Both the position numbers and the translations under genes were made by a program. The notes beneath the pieces are model-generated. The model was not told the DNA's origin and ran no database searches. It saw nothing but the letters and a program-made list of their open reading frames with translations. A stretch of 64,000 nt of DNA, taken from NCBI GenBank assembly GCA_963725545.1, contig CAVRZG010000033.1, positions 2,205 through 66,204 of the forward strand. Reading direction: 5' to 3'. Below are positions 40,346-51,885 of this stretch, piece by piece (the stretch's first letter is position 1; each line of letters starts with the position of its first letter). This DNA comes from an uncultured Nitrospiraceae bacterium (GTDB lineage: Bacteria > Nitrospirota > Thermodesulfovibrionia > Thermodesulfovibrionales > SM23-35).

Positions 40346-42892
40346 TCATCTCTGCCACCGGATCTGTGCGGCTTCCAGGGGAACAGCAATGCCCTTATGG
40401 TACGGTATTGCCCGCGCTGTATAATCCGTCGCCGGGCGACTCGCAGACACCTGCGCAAGATAGACGTGACTGCCGCCTGCGGCAGCCGGTTGTCGGGAGA
40501 GCTTCATCTCCTGGCGCACAGGAGCGCCACCGTTAACGCCGTCGGCATAAAGTTCGACCCGTATAGCCTTCGGGTCGAGACCGTTGAGATAAACCTGAAG
40601 CTCGAAGACGTGGTTTTCACCGTCACTTGCAACCCTCACTTCCCCGAAGCGCAGATCTGACCAGTTCTTCTCCAAGGCACGCCGCCAATTCACGACCCTC
40701 GCGCTCATTGCCCCCTTATCCGCCGTGCGCTCGATATATGCAATCGCAGCAGGAATGTAGTACTGCTCAGTGTATTCCCGCACGGCGCGGTTCGCGGAAA
40801 ATTGCGGTGTCAGCCGCGCCATACTCTCGCGGATGCGCGCGACCCAGGCCACGGGGATGCCATTCGGATCACGGTTATAAAACTCAGGTATAACTTCCCT
40901 TTCAAGCAGCGCATAGAGCGCCTCGGCTTCAACAGCGTCCCAGGCCGCATCATCTCCATGTTCTTTGCCGTCCCCCAACGCCCATCCGACTTCAGGCGTG
41001 TAGGCTTCAGTCCACCAGCCGTCCAACTCCGAAAGATTGATGCCACCATTGACAAGCACTTTCATGCCGCTCGTTCCGCAGGCTTCCCATGGCCGCCGTG
41101 GTGTATTGATCCAGACGTCTACCCCCTGCACCAGTTGTCCTGTCAGAAGCATGTCGTAGTCGCTCAGGAAGATTACATGGTTGCGCACCTCGTTCCGCTG
41201 GATAAAATGGGTCCACTCCTGAATCAAGGCCTGTCCTGCTTGGTCTGCCGGATGCGCCTTACCAGCAATGAGAAGCTGCACAGGGCGCTGAGGATTGGAG
41301 AGGGCACGGAGTAGCCGCTCAGGATCGTGAAGCAGCAGGTTTGGCCTCTTGTAGGAGGCGAATCGGCGCGCAAAGCCCAGCGTCAATGCATTGGCGTCAA
41401 AAATGTGGTTCGCACCCTCAACCTCATCGGGTGATGCTCCTGCGGCTTCCAGTTGTCGGGAAAGTCGTCCTCGCACATATTCAACTAGTGACTCGCGTGC
41501 AGAAGCCCGGCATTCCCAGAGCCTGGAGTCGGGAAGTTCGCGCATGTCCTCTTCTAGGGTTTCTAAAGTTCCAAGCCAGCGGTCCTTTCCGCATGTGCCA
41601 GTCCACAGGGCGTCGGTTTCTTCTGAATCCCAGCTCGACATGTGCACCCCGTTTGTAACGTGTCCGACCGGCACTTCGATCTGCGGCCAGTGTGGATAAA
41701 GAGGCTCAAAGAGATGCCGGCTCACCTCTCCATGCAAACGGCTGACACCATTGACTGCCCCGCTTCCTCGTACTGCCAGGTACGCCATATTGAAGGGTTC
41801 AAGGCTGTCTCCCGGGTTCTGACGGCCAAGGGCCAGCAAATCGTTGAGTGAGATACCGAGCTTATTCTGGGCATACGAACCGAGGTATTGTTCGATGAGC
41901 GGAGGGGCAAAGCGGTCAAAACCTGCGGGCACGGCCGTATGTGTGGTAAAGAGATTGCCTGCTCGCGTAGCAGTCAGCGCAACTTCAAAAGGCTGTCCGG
42001 TCTCCTCCATGAAGGTCCGAGCGCGTTCCAGCACGGCGAAAGCGGCATGCCCTTCGTTAAGATGACACACTTCGGGCTTAATGCCAAGGGCGTTGAGCAG
42101 GCGCCATCCCCCGATCCCGAGCGCCAGTTCTTGATTGAGGCGTAACTCCAGACTGCCTCCGTACAACTCACTGGTGATCCCGCGACGGACCGGAAAGTTC
42201 GCCGGGTCATTGCTGTCGAGCAGGTAAAGTTTCACCCGTCCGACCTGAACCTGCCAGGCGCGAAGCCAGACCGAGTAACCCGGCAACTTGAGCTCCAGCC
42301 GCAACCACTCCCCGTTTGGTTCGCGTACAGGCGTGATCGGCAATTGACCGGGATCGTTGTACGGAAAGAGGGCCAATTGCGCTCCGTCCTTGTCTATCAC
42401 CTGCCGAAAATACCCCTGCTGGTAGAGCAGCCCCACGCCGACCACCGGCACACCCAGATCGCTTGCGGTCTTGAGTTGATCACCTGCCACATTGCCAAGC
42501 CCTCCTGAATAGATGGGCAGTGCTTCGCTCAACATGAATTCCATGCTGAAATACGCGACGGTTGTCAGCGGCTTCTGCGAATGATTTTGCTGAAACCATG
42601 CAGGCGCCTCTGCAGCTTGATGGCTGGTTCGTAAGAGGTCGGCCACTTTTTTGCGGAAGGCGGGAGCAGCCAACACGCGGCGGAGCTGATCGCGCGAAAC
42701 CGTTTGCAGGACGACCCAGGGGCTATAAGTAAGTTCCCATAGCGTTGGATCAAGCTGCTTCCATATCTCATCGGCAGAATGATTCCAATACCAATGCATA
42801 TCCAGTGCCAGTTCAGCCAGGGAATCGAATCCCTCGATCTCTGTGGGGAATAAGGCGTAGATCGGACTACTAACTCTTTTTTGTTTGCTCAT
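40346..42892 (-). CDS. glgP: alpha-glucan phosphorylase (second, distinct subfamily)
   Basis: AYFSMEF..YSGGLGNVAGD, HLNEGH, FARRFASYKR, EACGTSGMK. Confidence 0.95.
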   Translation of the reverse strand: MSKQKRVSSPIYALFPTEIEGFDSLAELALDMHWYWNHSADEIWKQLDPTLWELTYSPWVVLQTVSRDQLRRVLAAPAFRKKVADLLRTSHQAAEAPAWFQQNHSQKPLTTVAYFSMEFMLSEALPIYSGGLGNVAGDQLKTASDLGVPVVGVGLLYQQGYFRQVIDKDGAQLALFPYNDPGQLPITPVREPNGEWLRLELKLPGYSVWLRAWQVQVGRVKLYLLDSNDPANFPVRRGITSELYGGSLELRLNQELALGIGGWRLLNALGIKPEVCHLNEGHAAFAVLERARTFMEETGQPFEVALTATRAGNLFTTHTAVPAGFDRFAPPLIEQYLGSYAQNKLGISLNDLLALGRQNPGDSLEPFNMAYLAVRGSGAVNGVSRLHGEVSRHLFEPLYPHWPQIEVPVGHVTNGVHMSSWDSEETDALWTGTCGKDRWLGTLETLEEDMRELPDSRLWECRASARESLVEYVRGRLSRQLEAAGASPDEVEGANHIFDANALTLGFARRFASYKRPNLLLHDPERLLRALSNPQRPVQLLIAGKAHPADQAGQALIQEWTHFIQRNEVRNHVIFLSDYDMLLTGQLVQGVDVWINTPRRPWEACGTSGMKVLVNGGINLSELDGWWTEAYTPEVGWALGDGKEHGDDAAWDAVEAEALYALLEREVIPEFYNRDPNGIPVAWVARIRESMARLTPQFSANRAVREYTEQYYIPAAIAYIERTADKGAMSARVVNWRRALEKNWSDLRFGEVRVASDGENHVFELQVYLNGLDPKAIRVELYADGVNGGAPVRQEMKLSRQPAAAGGSHVYLAQVSASRPATDYTARAIPYHKGIAVPLEAAQIRWQR

Positions 42893-43021
42893 GATCTCTC
42901 TCCTCGAATTTGTCCCGGAAGGACGTCCGGGTTGTATTCTCAGTTTCTCCTCTCGTGATACTGCCCATTGACCGGTCCATTTCACGCATTGTGACGGAGG
43001 CTTTGCCAGCGTTGTATAAAC

Positions 43022-44410
43022 TCATTCGACCGCTTCCCCTGGCTTTGGATTGTGCCAGCCGCCATTGCCTGCAATGATCCGCTCAGCTTCAAGCGGCCCC
43101 CAGGTGTTCGGTTCGTACTCATGGATCGGCGTCACGTTTCCCAGGATGGGGTCCACGACGCGCCAAGCGGCTTCGACGGCGTCTTTGCGGGCGAAAAGCG
43201 ACGCGTCACCCCGCATGGCATCGCTAAGCAGACGCTCATATGGTGACATCTCATCCAGGAAGTGTTGGCACGCTAACAGCTCTACCTCTTCGCCAACCAT
43301 GGATTCCCCCGGCACTTTGGTCCTCGCCCCAAGTGTGATAAAAACATCGGGACTGAGGCGGAAGTGGAAATAGTTCGAGGGGCCCGGCCTGATTTCATCA
43401 AAGACCGCTTGCGGCGGACTCTTAAGCGTAAGCAAAACTTCGTTGGCTGTGAATGGCAGCTTCTTGCCGACCCGTATGTAGAAAGGCACGCCTGCCCAGC
43501 GCCAGGTATCGATATGAAGCCGCACTGCAACGAACGTCTCAACCTGCGAATTGGCGGACACGTCGTTCTCGTCTCGGTAGCCGCTGTATTGTCCCCGTAC
43601 AACGTCCTCAGGTACGAGCGGACGTATTGCTCTGAAGACCTGCATTTTTTCGTCGCGTGTCGCTTCCGGATCGCTGCTGGTTGGGGCATCAATGGCGAGC
43701 AGGACCATGACTTGCAGCAAATGGTTCTGCACGACGTCGCGGATGGCGCCGACATCTTCATAAAAAAGCCCGCGCCCTTCCACTCCGAAACTTTCGCAGA
43801 GGGTGATCTGCACACTCTCAACGTAGTTACGATTCCAGATCGGCTCCAGAAAAGAGTTAGCGAAGCGGAAATAGAGCAGATTCTGAATCGGCTCCTTGCC
43901 GAGGAAGTGGTCGATCCGGAAGATAGCCGACTCGGGAAAGAACTGTTCGAGCGTTTGGTTGAGCGCTTGCGCCGAGGCCAGGTCGCGGCCAAAGGGTTTC
44001 TCGACAATCACGCGGGCGTCCACAGCGCAACCAGACTTAGCCAGTCCCTGTGCCACGGTCGCAAACTCGCTCGGCGGGATCGCTAGGTAGTGCAGGGGCC
44101 GCTTGGCCTCTCTGAGCGCCTTGCGCAACATCTCATATGTCGCGTCGTCATGGTAATCACTGTCAATATACTGCAACCGCGAGCAAAGCTTCCCAAAGGA
44201 CTCTGCATTCACACCGCCGTGCTTCTCGAGACTATCCCTGGCTCGCTCTTTGAATTTTTCGATGTCCCATCCCGACTTCGCAACACCGATAATAGGAACG
44301 TCGAGATGGCCGTGCCGGATCATCGCCTGAAGCGCAGGGAATATCTGCTTATACGCAAGATCTCCGGTTGCGCCGAAGAAAACAAATGCGTCCGAATGTG
44401 AGGTCTGCCA
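43022..44410 (-). CDS. zwf: glucose-6-phosphate dehydrogenase
   Basis: [32 protein letters not shown]. Confidence 0.95.
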   Translation of the reverse strand, partial: WQTSHSDAFVFFGATGDLAYKQIFPALQAMIRHGHLDVPIIGVAKSGWDIEKFKERARDSLEKHGGVNAESFGKLCSRLQYIDSDYHDDATYEMLRKALREAKRPLHYLAIPPSEFATVAQGLAKSGCAVDARVIVEKPFGRDLASAQALNQTLEQFFPESAIFRIDHFLGKEPIQNLLYFRFANSFLEPIWNRNYVESVQITLCESFGVEGRGLFYEDVGAIRDVVQNHLLQVMVLLAIDAPTSSDPEATRDEKMQVFRAIRPLVPEDVVRGQYSGYRDENDVSANSQVETFVAVRLHIDTWRWAGVPFYIRVGKKLPFTANEVLLTLKSPPQAVFDEIRPGPSNYFHFRLSPDVFITLGARTKVPGESMVGEEVELLACQHFLDEMSPYERLLSDAMRGDASLFARKDAVEAAWRVVDPILGNVTPIHEYEPNTWGPLEAERIIAGNGGWHNPKPGEAVE

Positions 44411-44427
44411 TTTTCAACCTCCATATT

Positions 44428-46306
44428 TCATGGCTGTCTCTTTAATGAAATCTTTGGCCTTAGATGAACTCCTTTGACCTTTTTAATAATGGCTCTCGGA
44501 GAGATTTCCTCATAATCGAGGAGTTCCTGTGGTTTGCCACTTTTCGGTTTCTTTCTGACGGCTAAAGAATAGACAGGAACCGGGTAAGTGGCCAGGGCAC
44601 TCTTCACGGCTTCTCCAATCCCTCCTTCCGCATAGTGATCTTCTACGGTGATGATTGACTTGGTAGCGCTTGCAGCCTCGCGAAGGGTTGTCTTCATCAA
44701 GTGGCTTTATGCTGTAGAGATCGATGACCCGGATGAAAATCCTTCTTCTTTCAGAACTTCATAAGCCTTCCAGAGCCTCATGAAGCGTAATTCCTGCAGC
44801 AATGACTGTGGCAATATCTCCTTACTTTTTCTTAGAACTTTACTTCCGCCGATGGGAAACTTTTCCTCCGGATTATAGAGGATAGGAGTCTCTTTTCTCG
44901 TGGTACGAATGTAAACAAGGCCATAATGCTTTGCGGCTTCTTCAACCAATTTTTCGGTGGATATCGCATCGGATGGATAGAGGACAACGCTATTTAAAAT
45001 CGTCTGAAACATGGCAATGTCTTCAAGACCCATCTGAGAGGGCCCATCTTCCCCAATGGATACTCCGGCATGAGATCCGACAAACTTGATGTTCGGATCG
45101 GAATACTGGCTCATCCTGATTTGATCGAAAGCCCGGGTAAAAAATGCAGCAAAGGTAGAGACGAAAGGAATTTTGCCCCTGCAGGACAGACCTAATGCTG
45201 CTCCCACCATATTCTGCTCGGCAATGTACATCTCAAAAAACCGCTCGGGGTAAGCCTCTTTGAATATTTCTGCATAGGTTGAATTGCTCACCTCGCCATC
45301 CAGACTCACCATATTGGGGAATTGCGGAAAAATTCTTACCAGTGCGTTCCCATAGGCTTTCCTCGTGGCAACGGGTTTATCTGCCGGATAATCGATCTTT
45401 TTTAACGGTTTTTGAGGAGCTGTTCTTTGGGCTTCAGATCTTCCGGAAGGGATATCTCACCTCGAACGGATTTATCAATTTCTCCTAATTCCTTGAGCGC
45501 CCGATCACATTCCTCTTTACTCAGGACCTTTCCATGCCAGCCATTCTTATTCTCAATGAAAGAGACTCCTTTCCCTTTAATCGTTTTCCCGATCAACATG
45601 ACCGGTTGATCGGTCACGTGGAGGGCTTCTTCGTAGGCGGCAAGAATTTCGGAAATGGAATGGCCGTCCAGTACGATCGTTTTCCATCCAAAAGATGAAA
45701 TCCTTTTTTCATAGGCCTCGAGATCCCATCCGTACATGGTCTCTCCGCGCTGACCCAGCCGATTCACATCGAGAATGCCGATAAGATTATTTAATTTATA
45801 ATGGGCTGCGATCTGCATCGATTCCCACTGGGAGCCTTCGGCCATTTCGCTGTCTCCGAGAAGGACATAGGTCCGGTAGGGAAGCTTATCAAGGTACTTG
45901 GCATTCAGGGCCATTCCCACACCGATGGAAAGGCCCTGGCCAAGAGACCCTGTAGCAGCTTCAACATAAGGGAAAGGCAACGGTGGGATGACCTTCCAGG
46001 GGACTTCCAAATTTTCTGTAGGTCATGAGGTCCTTTTCGCTCAATTCTCCGGCAGCAGCCCATAGCGCATAAAAGAGTGGGGAGGCATGTCCCTTCGAAA
46101 AGATTAAACGATCATTATTGGGAGATTTGGGATGATCCACATCGAATCTGAAAATTCCGCCAAAAAGGAGGCAGGCCATCAACTCTGTGGCCGAGAGTGA
46201 AGAGGTCGGATGACCGGAACCAGCCTCTGTTGTCATGATCAGGATGTAGTAACGAATCAAGTGTCGCCAATTCTTTCAACTTTTCCGTCACTTCTTCGTT
46301 AACCAT
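44428..46306 (-). CDS. tkt: transketolase (multiple frameshifts)
   Basis: GSGHPTSSLS, SKGHA, ATGSLGQG, GDSE, IAEQNM, GEDGPSQMGLED, TVEDHY. Confidence 0.92.
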
Positions 46307-46506
46307 AGGGTTCCCTCCGTGATTTCCTTATAGCACTCGCCTGGTTAATGATATGCCGTTCAGGCCAAGGCGTCATCGCTATTATTTGTTTATTTTTTCG
46401 CCTCAAATCAAGAATCGATCTTCGGCAACCCGTTCCAAGCGTTTTGAGCTAGATCCCAAAGCATAGGATCGAGTTGTGTCCACACTTCGTCTGCGGACCT
46501 CATTTA

Positions 46507-47836
46507 CTAAGCATTTTTGCTCTCGCGAAGGGAAAAGAAATCAATGATATAGAGCAAGACCCCAACCATAAAGCCCCAGGCCGATATCCACAAGACAGTA
46601 AACCATAGCCTCATAAACCCCTGAGTTGTCAGATAATCCATGCCCATGATCCTCTGAAAATACGCCTGCACGACACCCGCAATAGTAAAACTGAGTACCA
46701 TCAGGATAAAAAAGAAGTTCATCATCCAGAACGCATTGAAACTGAGTCTGCGACTGATAATTTTGAGACCCTTAATCTGCGGGAGTGCAAAATAAATTAT
46801 GGCAAGATTGAGCATGACATATGCTCCGAAAAATGCGAAATGCGCGTGAGAGGCTGTGAATTGAGTCCCGTGAGTCCACTTGTTTATCTGGGGCCACGAA
46901 TGCAGCAAAGCCCCAGAGCCCTGCCCCGAAAAAGTGCATAACGGCACTACCTATGATCCAGTAGAGCGCCGGTTTATTTTCTATCTCCATCTTTCTTTCC
47001 TTCACAACACGGAGTGTGTCCATGACCATTAGAAGTATCGGCACAGGTGACAATGAGCTAAATATCGGTCCGAACCAGAGCCAGTATGCCGGCACGCCTA
47101 TCCAGTAATAGTGATGCCCTGTTGCAATTATTCCCGTAAAGAGAACAAGGCCGATCTCGATATAAAGCCATTTCTCCACATTCGTGCGTTCAACCCCGGT
47201 AATCTTTATCAATATGAACGCCATGATCGCAGCAGAGATCAATGCCCATGAGGCTTCGGCCCAGAGGTGCACTACCCAGGCCCACAAATAATATTGAGTC
47301 GAGATGTTTTTAATGAAGAAAACCCCTGCGAGGAACAGCCCTCCCAGCGTCACAAGCCCGCCGAGGAGCATGCCCTGGATTACCGTCCACTTCTTTGCGT
47401 TCATCATAGTCATAAAAATATTGAAGAGAAAAATGAGGGCAACAATGACAATACCTACTTTGAGAACTGTCGGTTGTTCAAGAAAAGGCATTCCCCACGA
47501 CCATCCTGAGATAAATCCTATAACCGACGTGATGCCGATGACGGTGAAAAGAATCAATTGGAAATTTGCGAGTTTCCGGCTGTAAATTTCAGTCTGTGCC
47601 TCCTCTGGCACAACGTAATAGGTTCCTCCCATAAATGCGGTGAGGAGCCAGAAGAGGAGAAGGTTCAGATGGATCGCTCTTGCGGTATTAAAAGGCAAGA
47701 CATTTATCAAAGGGTCATAGTCCCATACATATTTTGCACCCGTAATTAAACCGAAGATCACTTGCAGCCCGAAGAGCAAGGTTGCAACTACAAAATAGTT
47801 GTATGCAATTTTCTGTGTTTCGTATTTCTTTCTCAA
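46507..47836 (-). CDS. norB: NorB-like nitric oxide reductase large subunit (cNOR type, divergent; one frameshift)
   Basis: RAIHLN, FLEQP, VVHLWAE, TGHHYYWIG, THGTQFTASHAH. Confidence 0.85.
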
Positions 47837-47838
47837 CC

Positions 47839-48517
47839 TTACTTCAGACCGGAAAGATAGTCGGCAAGATCTTCGATATTCTCCCGTGGAAGTGTTGCGA
47901 AATTCGGCATAATGGAATTTGGGTTATGTGATTTAGGGGTTTTGATCTGGTCTTCAATCCACTCTTTTTCGCTTGGCTTCCCACATGAGTCAGGTCCGGA
48001 CCGATTTTACCACCTGTTCCTCCTAGTGCATGGCATGCGCAACAGCCCGCGCCTTGAATAAATGTTCCCCGGGCACCGGCTTCTTTTGGAAGATTTGCCG
48101 CGGAAACAACCAACGGTTTCGGAGGCCAGTTATTGGTGTCTATTCCGTTTACCCAGGAGAGGAATTCGATGAGGCTATCTATTTCCTCGTCCTTCAGGTG
48201 CAAGTTCGGCATCTTCCGGGCGGCGGCCAGACCTTTTCAGGGTATTTGAGAAAGTTCTTCGTCCATTCCGCGTCTCGGTAGCTCGCAACCTTTGTGACGT
48301 CGGGAGCATAATAGCCACCTATTCCGAGGATGGTGTGGCAGTCATTGCAATTGTATTTCTGCCACACCCATTTACCGGCAACCACCTTTGCAGTGAGCTT
48401 ATCTTCATGCGTCCTTTGTGGCATTTTTCTGATTGAGTCATACGTCAGCAACAGAAAGAGAACGGATGAAAGTATTGTGCCCAACAGAAATATGGTCTTC
48501 GCGCCCGATATTTTCAT
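47839..48517 (-). CDS. norC: NorC-like cytochrome c with additional C-terminal c-heme domain (frameshifted)
   Basis: TM, GKWVWQKYNCNDCHTILG.GGYYAPD, MPNL, IDTNNWPP, then CACH..GGKIGPDL. Confidence 0.82.
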
Positions 48518-48526
48518 TGCCGTGGC

Positions 48527-48858
48527 TTATTTGAATGTCTTCAGGATATATTCCGCTATCTTCTTTGCGTCTTTATCTGAGACCGTTCTTTTATCGAATT
48601 GTGTCATTCCAGGACCGGGATGTCTCATCTTGTTTACGATGTCCCCCTGCTTTTTTACTTTGTTGGCGTCAAGGTCTTTCTTATGCAACGTTTTTTGAGG
48701 ATTGACGTTGTTTCCACCGTCAGGATGGCATACAGAACAATGCTGTTGGAACAGCTCTTCACCGGACTTTGCCTTTCTGCGGGTTCCTTTGAGAACCCCG
48801 CTGTTCCGTATAAGAACACGGACCCTGCCAAAAACAGAACCATGAGCACTTTCTTCAT
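48527..48858 (-). CDS. small soluble cytochrome c (c6-like; frameshifted)
   Basis: Signal peptide, LFQQHCSVCHPDGGNVVNPQKTL..PGPGM. Confidence 0.82.
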
Positions 48859-48890
48859 CTTTCTTTCTCCTCTCTGTTTTGAAAGTTAAT

Positions 48891-49025
48891 TAGAGTCTGT
48901 CCATAAATTGCCCGTTGTCGGAAAAGTCTTCATTCCCGCGAAGGCGGGGATCCCGCGTTTTTAACACTCGGGATCCCCTGGTTAAACAGGAGACTGAGAA
49001 ATAAAGACTTTCTGGACAGACACTA
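48891..49025. mobile_element. MITE-like element with GTCTGTCCA TIR carrying a degenerate TCATTCCCGCGAAGGCGGG REP
   Basis: TAGAGTCTGTCCATAAA..TTTCTGGACAGACACTA. Confidence 0.75.
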
Positions 49026-49078
49026 TTAAGAATTTGTATCGTTTTCTGACCGCTCTTCAGCCTTTACTCTTCAATAGC

Positions 49079-49723
49079 CTAGAACTTCTTCGGAAATTGC
49101 TTGACGATACCGCCCGCCAAGGCGTCGGCAATAACATAGACGTTCTTCTTCATGGCATCCCACGTCTGGGCCTCAGAAGAATAATTCTTCGCGTTTATCG
49201 CGTTTATTTGCGCCATGTGGTGCCCTCCATGTTCAACCAGCAAAGACAATACTGTTTCCTTCGGCCAATTCGGGTTGGCTGAACTCAGAAAGGTCGCTAT
49301 CTCTTCAGCGTTCTTTTTCAGCTTGTCCGTCGCGACATCTTCTGCTTTCTTGTCACCGTCATAAGCCGCACTCATATAGTCCTTGATGGCTCCATAATGA
49401 CCCGCAAGAAGATTAAAGAGTTTGGCCGAGGCTTCTTTTCCATAATACGGGGTTATTGAATTGGCAAGGTCCTTTGCATTTTGTACGACATGTTCTTCGG
49501 CGACCTTCGCAGCCTCTTTTTCTCCTTGTTTTGTAGTCAGAACAACATTCCTCACCCAGAATATATGACCAGTCCATAAATCACGCAAGGCAAGTTTCAA
49601 CTCACACGTCTTTGGCGAAAATTTCTCACCGGCCTTTTTGCCCTTTGCGAACGAATACGAAGGAGCAAGTAGCATCGATGCCGCTAATACCAAAATCATT
49701 ACTTTGAAAGCGTTTCTCTTCAT
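49079..49723 (-). CDS. secreted helical hypothetical protein with repeated His-bearing helices
   Basis: Signal peptide; LWTGHIFW, LLAGHY, LLVEHGGHH; C-term IVKQFPKKF. Confidence 0.8.
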   Translation of the reverse strand: MKRNAFKVMILVLAASMLLAPSYSFAKGKKAGEKFSPKTCELKLALRDLWTGHIFWVRNVVLTTKQGEKEAAKVAEEHVVQNAKDLANSITPYYGKEASAKLFNLLAGHYGAIKDYMSAAYDGDKKAEDVATDKLKKNAEEIATFLSSANPNWPKETVLSLLVEHGGHHMAQINAINAKNYSSEAQTWDAMKKNVYVIADALAGGIVKQFPKKF

Positions 49724-49910
49724 TTTTCTAACCCCCTTTTAATACTTTGCTTTTGGACTAAAGACGATTCTTGGTCCTTAGCTTCATGAACGTACCGCTT
49801 CCGATTTCATCTTTCCCTTTACGAAGATTGCCTTTCACATTAACAGTGCCTTCGCGCATCGGCAGTTTTCATCACCTCCTACAATTTTGTATGGAACGAG
49901 ATAATACTTA

Positions 49911-49942
49911 GCAAGACAGGTGCCAAGCATAACCCATTGATT
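49911..49942 (-). promoter_or_regulatory. sigma54 (-24/-12) promoter with IHF-like site
   Basis: TGGCACCTGTCTTGC (GG-N10-GC); AATCAATGGGTTA matches WATCAANNNNTTR. Confidence 0.75.
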
Positions 49943-50191
49943 TTATGCATATCCAGAGGAATCAAATAGACGATTCTGTGGACGAATTGTCTAATGACGG
50001 GCATATTGCCCTGAGCTTAAAATTCACACGCACGTGGGTACAGAAAGTCGTAAGAGGCAAACCTCCTTCCTCCTAAACACCTTCGTGATTTCCCAAGAGA
50101 GGGTTGTCACCCTAGTAGCTTTCTGCTTCTATTTCACTCTTTAACCTCACTACTGCATCTTGCAGTTCTTGCAGAGACAGTAATTGCTTCT

Positions 50192-50252
50192 CTCGCATAG
50201 ATTCTTAAATGAAACAACAAATCGATTTTATATAGATTCTTTATGAGGCGAT
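50192..50252 (+). mobile_element. orphan degenerate IS end related to the 7440-7505 end
   Basis: Two TAGATTCTT..TGA(G/A)(G/A)C units. Confidence 0.5.
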
Positions 50253-50366
50253 GCAGAGATTTGACTGACGGCCAAATGTTTGATATGTTTTGACAAAGCC
50301 AAATACCTCGCGAGAAGGGACCAAGGCAGAGGTTTTACAGCGAGAAAAGATGGAGAGAGTGATGCA

Positions 50367-50582
50367 ATGCCAAGAAAGTTCAGAGTCGGCGATCACGTGA
50401 CATGGAACTCGGAGGCCGGGCGCGTCAGCGGAAAGATCATCAGGGTGCATACAAAAGATATCGATTACAAGGGATACACGCACCATGCCAGCGCGGATGA
50501 TCCTCAATATGAGATCAAGAGCGATAAGACCGACCACATCGCGATGCACAAGGGATCGGCGCTGAGAAAGGTGAGCCACTGA
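50367..50582 (+). CDS. DUF2945 family protein
   Basis: FRVGDHVTWNSEAG..AS.DDPQYEIKSDKTDH.A.HK. Confidence 0.85.
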   Translation: MPRKFRVGDHVTWNSEAGRVSGKIIRVHTKDIDYKGYTHHASADDPQYEIKSDKTDHIAMHKGSALRKVSH

Positions 50583-50746
50583 AAGCCGAACCAGCCGCTG
50601 CGCCTGAACGGGGCATTATCGCAGACTACATTGAGGGTCTCCTTTAGGATGTCCCAAATCAGAAGTTCACGACTCGCATTTGTTTAGACCCATCAATTAA
50701 TTTATTGCCTGACAGCATTAAGAGTGCGTTGAAAATCTCTCCATCT

Positions 50747-51208
50747 TTATTGTAGCTTGCGAAGCGCAAGTTTCTCTTTCAGATATTCTCCTATTAGTAT
50801 CGCGGCAGGATAAAGAACCTCCTCTTCCGTCTTTGCATGAAGCATGAGCTTTTCGGCAAAATGGACGATATCAGGTCTCTTTTCCTTCTTTGCTACGGCT
50901 ACCAACTTCTTGAGGGCCGCAACAATTGCCTTGTGTTCTTTAAGCATATTTGGAAGGTCTTTTTTCAGTTTGTCAGTCATGACAAGGACAGCTTTCATAT
51001 CTTTAGATACTTTACCTTTCGTCAAAACCTGCAAAAGACCAATCGGCGGCAATGCGTACTCCTCTTCCCTCACAAAATGCGGATGCAGGACTTTTGCAAC
51101 GGCCTCGGCAGCTTTGCCTATCGGACCGGATGTCTTGACAGCCTTAACAAGCTCCTCGTGAAGCTCCTTGTGCTCTAACTTCAACGGCTTTGGAATTATC
51201 ATTTTCAT
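50747..51208 (-). CDS. hemerythrin-domain protein
   Basis: EH.ELH, HF.REE, EH, HA.TEE.VLYP. Confidence 0.85.
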   Translation of the reverse strand: MKMIIPKPLKLEHKELHEELVKAVKTSGPIGKAAEAVAKVLHPHFVREEEYALPPIGLLQVLTKGKVSKDMKAVLVMTDKLKKDLPNMLKEHKAIVAALKKLVAVAKKEKRPDIVHFAEKLMLHAKTEEEVLYPAAILIGEYLKEKLALRKLQ

Positions 51209-51309
51209 GTCAATTCTCCCTATTGATGTATTTTTTCTATATCTGTTACTCGCTCCAGCTTATCGCCTGGACAGGACAGACATCAATCGCCTCCTGACAA
51301 TTGCATGTG

Positions 51310-51882
51310 TCACATTGATTTTGCCGTTTCCTGGTGAGGTGAGTTGGGAGGATAGGTTATTTTTTTACCTTTGACTTCTGCCCACGGCGTGAGGGTATGA
51401 TTCCTGCTGGAGGCTATGCCCATGATATGAATCACCAGGACTCCGCGAATTAGCAAAGCGTCTCCTATCAACGATCTGTGGCACCGCCAGGGAACCGCTT
51501 CGGCACACATGATGGCCGTTACCCGTTTTTTTGCCGTCTCCATAAGTTTTTCGAGGTTCTCTTCGAATTCCACTGTTTGCATATAGTCGGCAAAGCCCCG
51601 GAACGATGCATTTCTCCATGCCGTATTTGGCGAGTCTTTTCGTGTTGGGCGCAGTCCGCCGAGTCCCTTTATATGGAGATAGAGGACATTAACGGACTTC
51701 AAGCTTTCCCTCAACATGTCCTCGTTGAACTGGGGGTTATGCCGCGACTTCGGGATAGTACGTACGTCTGCTACGTTCTTTATTGCATAGCCATTAATAA
51801 TTTCTATGAACTCCGAGATAGGTCGTGTCGAATGGCCAATCGTATATACTAGGGTCTTCTGGTCGACTGGCTGTTCTTTCAT
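51310..51882 (-). CDS. DUF488 family protein
   Basis: YTIGHSTR, DVRTIP, LGG.R, MCAEAVPWRCHRSLI. Confidence 0.9.
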   Translation of the reverse strand: MKEQPVDQKTLVYTIGHSTRPISEFIEIINGYAIKNVADVRTIPKSRHNPQFNEDMLRESLKSVNVLYLHIKGLGGLRPTRKDSPNTAWRNASFRGFADYMQTVEFEENLEKLMETAKKRVTAIMCAEAVPWRCHRSLIGDALLIRGVLVIHIMGIASSRNHTLTPWAEVKGKKITYPPNSPHQETAKSM

Positions 51883-51885
51883 ATC

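Noticed and set aside
43282..44401. Long antisense and alternate-frame ORFs over zwf and glgP
   Set aside because: Shadow ORFs expected in GC-rich coding DNA; no motifs
50585..50640. attC-like start (GCCGAACCAGCCGCTGCGCCTGA) after DUF2945
   Set aside because: No matching right arm ending in GTTRRRY, no further cassettes and no integrase; at most a remnant
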